20,000 nucleotides of DNA from an uncultured virus (IMG/VR IMGVR_UViG_3300025108_000030) (IMGVR_UViG_3300025108_000030), one strand, 5' to 3'. Positions 8,744-15,844 are shown, numbered from the stretch's first letter. The notes: generated by a model not told the origin, from the letters alone. Translations and numbers: made by a program.

Positions 8744-9766
8744 ATGTCTGAGACCCTCGACAAAAACTTAGATAATATGGAGTCTGTGACCGAAGGTTCC
8801 AACGCAGTTACTAAAGATGCTAAACCTGGCGAGAAGATTGATACTTCTGGCAATGGAAATGCACCTTGCGTAGTTGATGTTACCTCGGATTCTGAAGAAG
8901 GCGCTAAAGGAACTAAGAACGCAGGCAAGTCTGCAGCAGCACCTGTAGGTAAAGCACCTGTTCCAAGCACTAAGCCAAGTGACGCATCTGCTAAAATGGA
9001 GGAAACGGAAAGTGAAGAAGAAGTCCTCGCTGAAACCGACCTCGACTTTACTGAAGATGTTGACGCTCTTGTCGCTGGTGAAGACCTCTCAGAAGAGTTC
9101 CGTTTAAAAGCAGCAACAATCTTTGAAGCAGCTGTAACCAGTCGTGTTAACAAAGAAGCAGCAGCTTTACAAGAAGCGTATGAATCAACGCTGACTGAAG
9201 AAGTCGAAAAGATTCAAACAGAATTGGCCGAGAAGGTTGACGATTACCTCACTTATGCCGCTGAATCCTGGATGAAAGAGAATGCTCTCCAGGTTGAGCA
9301 TGGCATTAAGACTGAGATGGCAGAGTCATTCTTCAACGGTCTAAAAGGTCTTTTCCTTGAGCATAACTTTAGCGTGCCCGAGGAAAAATTCAACATGCTT
9401 GATGGCATGGTTGGAGAAATTGATGAAATGGAAGCTAAACTCAACGAGCAAATCGACACTAATATTGCTTTGAACAAGCGTATTGGTGAGTTTGTAAAAA
9501 TGGAAATTGTGAACGAATGCGCTACTGGTCTTGCCGAAACCCAAAAGGAAAGGCTTCACCAATTAGCAGAGGGTGTTGAGTTTGAAACTGAAGAAGACTT
9601 TCAACAGAAGGTCGAAACGATCAAGGAATCCTACTTCACTAGAAAGGCTGAACTTGCAGAATCTGTAGGCGACCCCACTGAAGAAGCATCGGCTCCCCTT
9701 GTCGAAGAAACAACTAGCGGCTCAATGTCGAAATACGTTGATGCAATTGCTCGTTGGTCTAAATAA
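8744..9766 (+). CDS. gp22: Prohead core scaffolding protein
   Basis: Acidic coiled-coil protein with 'LSEEF..KAATIFEAAV', 'VDDYL.Y..E.WM.EN', 'IKESYF'. Start moved from 8723 to ATG 8744 because GGAGA lies at 8732-8736. Confidence 0.93.
   Translation: MSETLDKNLDNMESVTEGSNAVTKDAKPGEKIDTSGNGNAPCVVDVTSDSEEGAKGTKNAGKSAAAPVGKAPVPSTKPSDASAKMEETESEEEVLAETDLDFTEDVDALVAGEDLSEEFRLKAATIFEAAVTSRVNKEAAALQEAYESTLTEEVEKIQTELAEKVDDYLTYAAESWMKENALQVEHGIKTEMAESFFNGLKGLFLEHNFSVPEEKFNMLDGMVGEIDEMEAKLNEQIDTNIALNKRIGEFVKMEIVNECATGLAETQKERLHQLAEGVEFETEEDFQQKVETIKESYFTRKAELAESVGDPTEEASAPLVEETTSGSMSKYVDAIARWSK
9759..9765 (+). promoter_or_regulatory. Probable late promoter CTAAATA for gp23, overlapping the gp22 stop
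   Basis: TAAATA core about 40 nt before the gp23 ATG. SD GGAGA at 9795-9799. Confidence 0.55.
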
Positions 9767-9804
9767 TTAATTAACTTATTCTACTTTTTAATTCGGAGAT
9801 ACAA

Positions 9805-11178
9805 ATGTCTTTACGTCAACTCCAGGAGAAGTGGGCACCCGTTCTGAATCACGATGCTCTTCCAGAGATTCAAGATTCCCACAAGCGCGGCGTCATCGCT
9901 CAACTCCTCGAAAACCAAGAGAGAGCACAAGTCGAAGAAGGTCAAATCCTTAACGAGACTCTACAAACAACTGGCTACACTGGTGCCAGCACAGCGACAG
10001 GTCCTGTTGCAGGTTTCGACCCTGTACTGATCAGCCTCATCCGTCGCTCCATGCCTCAGCTTATCGCTTATGATATTGCTGGTGTTCAACCAATGACTGG
10101 TCCTACTGGACTGATCTTCGCAATGCGTACCAACTATGGTTCCGAGCGCGATCCTAATGCTTCTGGTTACGATGAAGCATTCTTCAACGAGCCTAACGCT
10201 GGTTTCTCTGGCGGTCCTGGTGCATACGATCCTGGTGCGTCTGACGCAACCAACGATGCAGAAGGTAACAACCCTGCTCTCCTCAATGATGGTTCACCTG
10301 GAACCTATGAGTTGACTGGTGATGCTCAAGGCATGTCAACAGCAACCGTTGAGGGTCTTGATGACTCTGCAGCGAACACGGCATTCCGTGAGATGGGTTT
10401 CTCGATCGAGAAAGTCACTGTAACCGCCAAGGCACGCGCCCTGAAGGCTGAGTACAGCATCGAGATGGCACAAGACCTGAAGGCAATTCATGGTTTGGAT
10501 GCTGAAACTGAACTGGCAAACATCCTCAGCACAGAGATCCTTGCTGAAATCAACCGCGAAGTCGTTCGTACTATCGTAGTTAACGCTGTTGCTGGTGCTC
10601 AGAACAATACCGCTACTGCTGGTATTTTCGACCTCGACGTTGACTCCAACGGTCGCTGGTCTGTTGAGAAGTTCAAAGGTCTTCTTTTCCAAATCGAAAG
10701 AGATGCTAACGCTATCGGTCAGCAAACTCGTCGCGGGAAAGGCAACATCCTGATCTGTTCTGCCGACGTTGCTTCTGCACTGGGCATGGCTGGTGTTCTT
10801 GACTACACCCCTGCTCTTGCTGGCAATAACGCCCTTACAGGTGTTGATGATACCTCCAGCACACTGGTTGGTACACTCAACGGTCGTATCAAGGTCTATG
10901 TTGATCCTTACTCTGCAAACGTTGCAGACAAGCACTTCTATGTTGCTGGTTATAAGGGTACTTCACCTTATGACGCTGGTCTGTTCTATTGCCCATATGT
11001 TCCTCTTCAGCAGGTTCGTGCAATCAACCCTAACACCTTCCAACCAAAAATCGGTTTCAAGACTCGCTACGGCATGGTCTCGAACCCCTTCTCTGGTGGT
11101 CTTACCCAAGGCAGCGGTGCTCTTACCGCCAACGCCAACAAGTACTACCGTCGTGTACAGGTTGCCAACCTTATGTGA
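9805..11178 (+). CDS. gp23: Major capsid protein
   Basis: 457 aa. 'LQEKWAPVL', 'GVQPMTGPTGLIFAMR', 'ARALKAEYS.E.AQDLKAIHGLDAE', 'FQPKIGFKTRYG' motifs. Confidence 0.98.
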   Translation: MSLRQLQEKWAPVLNHDALPEIQDSHKRGVIAQLLENQERAQVEEGQILNETLQTTGYTGASTATGPVAGFDPVLISLIRRSMPQLIAYDIAGVQPMTGPTGLIFAMRTNYGSERDPNASGYDEAFFNEPNAGFSGGPGAYDPGASDATNDAEGNNPALLNDGSPGTYELTGDAQGMSTATVEGLDDSAANTAFREMGFSIEKVTVTAKARALKAEYSIEMAQDLKAIHGLDAETELANILSTEILAEINREVVRTIVVNAVAGAQNNTATAGIFDLDVDSNGRWSVEKFKGLLFQIERDANAIGQQTRRGKGNILICSADVASALGMAGVLDYTPALAGNNALTGVDDTSSTLVGTLNGRIKVYVDPYSANVADKHFYVAGYKGTSPYDAGLFYCPYVPLQQVRAINPNTFQPKIGFKTRYGMVSNPFSGGLTQGSGALTANANKYYRRVQVANLM

Positions 11179-11218
11179 GTCAGGTTGTTGTGGGGCAGGA
11201 TGTCCCACATGCCCTTTC

Positions 11219-11244
11219 AGACCTCCTACAAGGGGGTCTTTTTT
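11219..11244 (+). terminator. Intrinsic terminator after gp23
   Basis: AGACCTCCT-ACA-AGGGGGTCT 9-bp stem (one G:U) followed by a T run. Confidence 0.85.
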
Positions 11245-11299
11245 ATGCCTAGGTATAAATTAGTAGGCAATAATATTCGTTGCATAAAGTTAGTATTTC

Positions 11300-11328
11300 C
11301 TGACAAACTAGTATAGATAGTATAGAAT
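11300..11328 (+). promoter_or_regulatory. Sigma70-like promoter CTGACA-N17-TAGAAT
   Basis: -35 CTGACA at 11300-11305, -10 TAGAAT at 11323-11328, spacing 17, each box 5/6 to consensus. Overlapped by a tandem 9-mer TAGTATAGA x2 (11309-11326). Confidence 0.55.
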
Positions 11329-11394
11329 TACGAGGTGAACAAATGAACCCAAATTTCATTTATATTATGTACTGCAATCACGAACGGAAAAACT

Positions 11395-11553
11395 ATGAAC
11401 AACCTCGCTTCTAGAAATCAGTTATACGAATGGTCACACTTTGAGGATTCTATCGAATTAGAAAAAATAAACGATTACTACGAATGCCTAATTGAATGTA
11501 CAGATACACATCAAGCATCATGTAAAAGAATCTGCAAGGAAGTGCTTATGTAA
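11395..11553 (+). CDS. Small cysteine-rich protein (52 aa; CX3C-X7-CX3C), not in the ORF track
   Basis: MNNLASRNQLYEWSHFEDSIELEKINDYYECLIECTDTHQASCKRICKEVLM*. GGA at 11386-11388 as a weak SD. Bounded by a promoter and a terminator. Confidence 0.8.
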   Translation: MNNLASRNQLYEWSHFEDSIELEKINDYYECLIECTDTHQASCKRICKEVLM

Positions 11554-11589
11554 GTCATATACATACTATACCGTGTGAAGGAAGTGAAC

Positions 11590-11616
11590 GAGGTCTCTAT
11601 TGGGACCTCTTTTTTT
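11590..11616 (+). terminator. Intrinsic terminator after the Cys-rich ORF
   Basis: GAGGTCTC-TATT-GGGACCTC 8-bp stem followed by T7. Confidence 0.85.
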
Positions 11617-11620
11617 GTAC

Positions 11621-11627
11621 CTAAATA
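11621..11627 (+). promoter_or_regulatory. Probable late promoter CTAAATA for the oxygenase-gp3 operon
   Basis: Directly after the terminator, 22 nt before ATG 11650. No other late motif seen ahead of gp3. Confidence 0.55.
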
Positions 11628-11649
11628 TCTTTAGATAGAATGATTCATT

Positions 11650-12240
11650 ATGATTACCGATAGTAAATTTGAAGATTTCATCGGCATCTTTGATACCGAA
11701 TATGATACTTCAGATCTTATTGAGTATTGGGAGTACCAAAATAAATGTGGTGCTACCTTTAATCGAAAAGGATTGTTTGGTAAAGAACGAAAAGCACATG
11801 CAAGAATTGATAACAGTTTAGTTACTGAAGAGTTTATGCTCGATCACACTTGCGGTTATCAATATATGAGAGCATACAATGAAGTTATTTCTACTTGCTT
11901 AGGTAAGTACATTGATAAGTATGAACAACTTTTACATTATAGATATCAACAAGTTTATCTAAACGTGCAGAAAACTTTGCCTCAGCAAGGTTATCATGCT
12001 TGGCATGACGAGAGAGGATCGATGGGGTGTAATCGAAGGGTTGCAGCAACTATGATGTATCTCAATGATGTTGATGAGGGTGGAGAAACTGAGTTTTTAT
12101 ATCAATCTAAAAGATATAAACCAGTAAAGGGAAGAGTCCTTATTTGGCCAGCAGGTTATACTCATGTTCATAGAGGCAACCCTCCACTATCGGGCGAAAA
12201 ATACATCGCCACTTCTTGGTTAGAAAACATAAACGCATAA
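11650..12240 (+). CDS. 2OG-Fe(II) oxygenase superfamily protein
   Basis: 196 aa. 'GYHAWHDE' (HxD/E), 'MMYLNDVDEGGETEF', 'WPAGYTHVHRGNPPLSGEKYIATSW' match cyanophage prolyl-hydroxylase-like oxygenases. Confidence 0.92.
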   Translation: MITDSKFEDFIGIFDTEYDTSDLIEYWEYQNKCGATFNRKGLFGKERKAHARIDNSLVTEEFMLDHTCGYQYMRAYNEVISTCLGKYIDKYEQLLHYRYQQVYLNVQKTLPQQGYHAWHDERGSMGCNRRVAATMMYLNDVDEGGETEFLYQSKRYKPVKGRVLIWPAGYTHVHRGNPPLSGEKYIATSWLENINA

Positions 12241-12241
12241 A

Positions 12242-12790
12242 ATGGCAAACTGGTACGACGATCAATTAACAAACAGAAACTTTTTGTCCCCCATCGGATT
12301 CATATTCGTTTTGGATAAGGCAAACAAGGTATCATTTCTGTGTCAAAAAGCAGAGATTCCACCTATTGCATTAGGAGATGTTCAGATTCCAACTAGAGGA
12401 TTAGTTCCAATTCCTGTTGAAGGGAACATGCGTTATAACGATTTCACTATGGATTTTATCGTAGATGAAAACTTAGAAAACTACATGCAGATCCATAACT
12501 GGATGCGTGGATTAGGTACTCCTCAAGAGTTGAAAGAAAGAAAACTTTGGAATGATAAGTATCAGAAAGACCCTACAAGAGATGCAAGATTTTCAGATGC
12601 AACTCTTCAGGTTTTGAATAACAACAACATTGCAAACTTCGATGTTGTCTTTAAAGATATGTTCCCTGTAGAGTTATCTACTCTATCATTTGATGTTACT
12701 GGTTCTGATAACGATTATTTTATTGCATCAGCAACATTCAAATATACTTTATATGAGATTAGAAACGTTAACAGTCAGACCAGACGATGA
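12242..12790 (+). CDS. gp3: Tail completion / sheath stabiliser protein
   Basis: 182 aa. 'NRNFLSPIGF', 'FIVDENLENY..IHNWMRGLG.P', 'SDATLQVL', 'FKDMFP..LS.L.FD' motifs. Usual position between gp23 and uvsY. Confidence 0.9.
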   Translation: MANWYDDQLTNRNFLSPIGFIFVLDKANKVSFLCQKAEIPPIALGDVQIPTRGLVPIPVEGNMRYNDFTMDFIVDENLENYMQIHNWMRGLGTPQELKERKLWNDKYQKDPTRDARFSDATLQVLNNNNIANFDVVFKDMFPVELSTLSFDVTGSDNDYFIASATFKYTLYEIRNVNSQTRR

Positions 12791-12954
12791 CTAGTTGGAA
12801 ACATCGCGCTCTAGAAGACCCCAATTTAAAGTATAAGCACGCTAGAATTATTATTAATGGCCCAAAGTCCTTGTCTCAGGCATGGATATTACAAGCAATG
12901 AAATTGAAGTATAGTTATGAATCTCGAATCGCTACAAGAAATGTGGAAGACTGA
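12787..12954 (+). CDS. Small basic hypothetical protein (55 aa), not in the ORF track
   Basis: MTSWKHRALEDPNLKYKHARIIINGPKSLSQAWILQAMKLKYSYESRIATRNVED*. ATGA overlap with the gp3 stop and 38-nt overlap with the uvsY start. Confidence 0.65.
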   Translation: MTSWKHRALEDPNLKYKHARIIINGPKSLSQAWILQAMKLKYSYESRIATRNVED

Positions 12955-13345
12955 TTCCGTATTGGATGATGATCTACATGATAATGACTCTTTGAAAATT
13001 CCTCAACTCCATGCAAAATATATGGAGTATTACAATACTTTCTCACTTATGAAGAGTGAGAAAGAGATTGAGTTGAATCGGATTACTAGAGAGAAATGGT
13101 TATATTACAAGGGAAAGGCACCTGCAGCAATCTACAAGGAGATGCCTTTTGATTTAAAACTTACAACTAAAGAAGAGATATCAATGTTCATCGCTGCTGA
13201 TGAGGACATTGGAAAGATTCAGTACAAGATAGGATATATAAGTCAAGTCCTATGTTTCCTGGATGGTGTGCTACGACAAATTAACAATCGTAGTTTTCAT
13301 ATTAAAAATGCTATCGAGTGGAAAAGATTTCAATCTGGTATGTAA
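12917..13345 (+). CDS. uvsY: Recombination mediator UvsY
   Basis: 142 aa. 'SLKIPQLHAKY', 'WLYYKGKA', 'I.NRSFHIKNAIEW.RF' motifs. Directly upstream of uvsW. Confidence 0.9.
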   Translation: MNLESLQEMWKTDSVLDDDLHDNDSLKIPQLHAKYMEYYNTFSLMKSEKEIELNRITREKWLYYKGKAPAAIYKEMPFDLKLTTKEEISMFIAADEDIGKIQYKIGYISQVLCFLDGVLRQINNRSFHIKNAIEWKRFQSGM

Positions 13346-14815
13346 ATGACTGACCTTGTAATAAAAAAGAAGAATGAAGTCTATCTCAAGATAGACGCAG
13401 AACCTCATGTCAATTACGAATTAGCAGATTACTTTTGCTTTGAAGTTGAGTCTGCAAAGTATATGCAGAAGCAACGTCGTTGGAAGGGATGGGATGGAAA
13501 GATTCGTTTATACTCACCTGCAACAGGAGAGATCTATTGTGGTCTTCTAGACTACCTATTAGAGTGGGCGGATGAAAAGAAGTACAACTACAAATTTCAA
13601 GACTGTAAGTTCTTTGGACATCCTCTAGAGCAGAATGAGTTTATCACTCCTCAGGGTGTTGTAGGTTTTGTAAAGTCTCTTCGGTTGCCTTATCCCGTTC
13701 GGGATTATCAGTATAAAGCAATATACGAGGCACTAAAATATAATAGAAGACTTTTATTATCACCGACAGCTTCTGGAAAGTCTCTGATGATTTATGCATT
13801 AGTACGCTTTCATGTAAATGCAAATAGAAATGTTCTTATTGTAGTCCCTACAACATCTCTAGTGGAGCAGATGTATAAAGACTTTGAAGAATATGGATGG
13901 ATGGCGTCCGAAAACTGCCACAAAATATATGCGGGGCAGCAAAAATATACGGACCATCAGGTGGTAATTACCACTTGGCAATCTATCTATAAGGAACCTC
14001 GTAAGTGGTTTGATAGGTTTGACGTAGTTATTGGTGACGAGGCACACCTTTTCAAAGCTAAATCTCTGACTTCTCTTATGTCTAAGATGCATGAATGTAA
14101 ATATCGTATTGGATTTACAGGAACTCTTGATGGTGCAAATGTCAATCAATTAGTTTTGGAGGGTGTCTTTGGAAGGTGTTCCCAAGTAACACGAACTGCT
14201 CAACTAATGCAGGAAGGACATGTTGCCAAATTAAAAGTAAAGATTGTTCTAGTGAAGCATGAGGAAAAACTGTTTGAAGGATATCAAGATGAGATCGGAT
14301 ACCTTGTAGAACATGAAGGTAGAAATAAATTCATTCGTAATCTTGCTTGTGATCTGAAGGGAAATACTCTAGTGCTATTCAACTATGTAGAGCGTCATGG
14401 GGTCCCTCTTTACGAGATGATAAATAGTTACACCGAAAGACCAGTACATTTTGTACATGGTGGTGTAGATGTTAACGACCGTGAAGACATCAGATTGCTA
14501 ACTGAACAGTCTGACAATGCTATCATTGTTGCTTCTTACGGTACTTTTTCCACAGGCATCAACATCAAAAGATTACACAACGTTATTTTTGCAAGTCCTT
14601 CAAAGTCCAGAGTTCGCAACCTACAATCTATAGGTCGTGTTCTAAGGAAAGGCGAAAATAAATCTCAAGCAACATTATATGATATTGCTGATGATATCTC
14701 TACCGATAGAGGTAACAACTACACACTCAACCATTTAATGGAAAGAGTTAAAGTGTACAATCAAGAAAAATTTAATTATGAAATCATAGATGTCAACTTA
14801 AAAACTTATGATTAA
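13346..14815 (+). CDS. uvsW: SF2 RNA-DNA/DNA helicase UvsW
   Basis: 489 aa. 'WDGKIRL', Walker A 'SPTASGKS', 'DEAH' box, 'FSTGINI', 'QSIGRVLR'. Confidence 0.96.
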   Translation: MTDLVIKKKNEVYLKIDAEPHVNYELADYFCFEVESAKYMQKQRRWKGWDGKIRLYSPATGEIYCGLLDYLLEWADEKKYNYKFQDCKFFGHPLEQNEFITPQGVVGFVKSLRLPYPVRDYQYKAIYEALKYNRRLLLSPTASGKSLMIYALVRFHVNANRNVLIVVPTTSLVEQMYKDFEEYGWMASENCHKIYAGQQKYTDHQVVITTWQSIYKEPRKWFDRFDVVIGDEAHLFKAKSLTSLMSKMHECKYRIGFTGTLDGANVNQLVLEGVFGRCSQVTRTAQLMQEGHVAKLKVKIVLVKHEEKLFEGYQDEIGYLVEHEGRNKFIRNLACDLKGNTLVLFNYVERHGVPLYEMINSYTERPVHFVHGGVDVNDREDIRLLTEQSDNAIIVASYGTFSTGINIKRLHNVIFASPSKSRVRNLQSIGRVLRKGENKSQATLYDIADDISTDRGNNYTLNHLMERVKVYNQEKFNYEIIDVNLKTYD

Positions 14816-15221
14816 TTACGCAAGACATGATGAAGAATTCTACGGAGTTTTCAAACTCCTCAATGGTGAGGAAGTTTTAGGTAAAGCAGTGCTTACAGAA
14901 GATGATGGAGAAACCTTAGTGTTTATCCAAGATCCTGTTTGCACCCAAGTAGTTCATAAAGAACTCGACGAAGGAAAACTAGTTCGTGGAGTAGGGTTTT
15001 CTAAATGGATGCAGTTTTCTAATGAGGACTTCTTTATTTTACGTGAGAAGGATATTCTTACGGTAACCTCAATGAGTAAAGAAGTTTCATACTTATACGA
15101 AGCTTTTATTCTTAGTGAAGATGACGAGAAGTCATCTAAAAAAGATCTAGAACCCGAGATGGGTTACCTAGGTAAAATTAATGAAGCAAGAAAGCTCTTA
15201 GAGAAGATCTATAGAAGCTAG
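14808..15221 (+). CDS. Hypothetical protein between uvsW and gp55 (possibly Sm-like fold)
   Basis: 137 aa. 'KLLNGEEVLGK' beta-rich N-terminus and 'MGYLG.I.EARK.LEKIY' C-terminus. Overlaps the uvsW stop. Confidence 0.75.
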   Translation: MINYARHDEEFYGVFKLLNGEEVLGKAVLTEDDGETLVFIQDPVCTQVVHKELDEGKLVRGVGFSKWMQFSNEDFFILREKDILTVTSMSKEVSYLYEAFILSEDDEKSSKKDLEPEMGYLGKINEARKLLEKIYRS

Positions 15222-15246
15222 TAGTTCTCTGAACCCTTACATGGTT

Positions 15247-15275
15247 ATTCTACAGAGACTTGACGATTCTGTCAA
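15247..15275 (-). promoter_or_regulatory. Antisense sigma70-like promoter TTGACA-N17-TAGAAT
   Basis: Plus-strand TGTCAA 15270-15275 is TTGACA on minus. Plus-strand ATTCTA 15247-15252 is TAGAAT on minus. Spacing exactly 17. Confidence 0.55.
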
Positions 15276-15287
15276 GTATGTTATAAT
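15260..15287 (+). promoter_or_regulatory. Sigma70-like (early/middle) promoter for gp55-gp47-gp46
   Basis: TTGACG (15260-15265), N16, TATAAT (15282-15287) with extended -10 TG at 15279-15280. Confidence 0.8.
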
Positions 15288-15307
15288 ATTAACAAAGCAG
15301 ATAACAT

Positions 15308-15844
15308 ATGAAAACCACTGTTAAAAAACAAAAACAACATTATGTTGACAATCAAGAGTTTCTTGCTGCAATAATTGTATATAAAAAGAAACTCATTTCT
15401 GCTGCAGAGAAAGAGATTCCTGGATTTCAAGATCTTCCCCACAACAAACAGGTGCAAGCTCTTAAGAAATGGGATAGTCCTAAGAAACCCAGAGTCAATA
15501 ATTATATTGGTGGGTGCTTCTTAAAGATTGCAACTCACCTTTCATATCGTCCTAACTTCATTAACTACATGTATAAGGAGGATATGATTTGCGATGGCAT
15601 TGAAAATTGCATTCAATACATCAATAACTTTGATCCTGACAAATCTAAAAATCCGTTTGCATACTTTACACAGATTGTATACTATGCATTCTTAAGAAGG
15701 ATTCAAAAAGAAAAAAGACAGATGGAGATCAAAGACAAGATTCTAGAGAAATCTGGTTACGATCACGTCTTTAGTATTGACGGGGATGTAGATACAGGGT
15801 ATAATCAGATCAAGTCCCGTGTGGAGATGAACTCGAAACGATGA
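15308..15844 (+). CDS. gp55: Late transcription sigma factor
   Basis: 178 aa. 'HYVDNQEFL', 'CFLKIATHLSYRPNFINYM', 'DGIENC.QYI.NFDP.KS.NPFAYFTQI.YYAFLRRIQKEK'. Confidence 0.95.
   Translation: MKTTVKKQKQHYVDNQEFLAAIIVYKKKLISAAEKEIPGFQDLPHNKQVQALKKWDSPKKPRVNNYIGGCFLKIATHLSYRPNFINYMYKEDMICDGIENCIQYINNFDPDKSKNPFAYFTQIVYYAFLRRIQKEKRQMEIKDKILEKSGYDHVFSIDGDVDTGYNQIKSRVEMNSKR

Noticed and set aside
10769..11263. 164-aa alternative-frame + ORF overlapping the gp23 3' end (possible frameshift extension)
   Set aside because: It runs through the gp23 terminator, the sequence is not protein-like, and no convincing slippery site was seen.
11253..11266. NtcA-like site GTA-N8-TAG
   Set aside because: One mismatch to GTA-N8-TAC, and about 56 nt from the -10 rather than the canonical ~22. 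Not supportable as an NtcA promoter.
11395..11553. Possible CP12 identity for the Cys-rich microprotein
   Set aside because: It lacks the AWD.VEEL core and the C-X8-C C-terminal loop of CP12. The spacing here is CX3C-X7-CX3C.
11536..11586. 9-bp direct repeat AAGGAAGTG at 11536-11544 and 11578-11586 as an insertion target-site duplication
   Set aside because: Only 33 nt lie between the copies and there are no mobile-element features. The first copy is coding (K-E-V), so chance cannot be excluded.
11179..12242. Absence of gp24 (vertex protein) after gp23
   Set aside because: Normal for marine T4-like cyanophages, so not a novelty.
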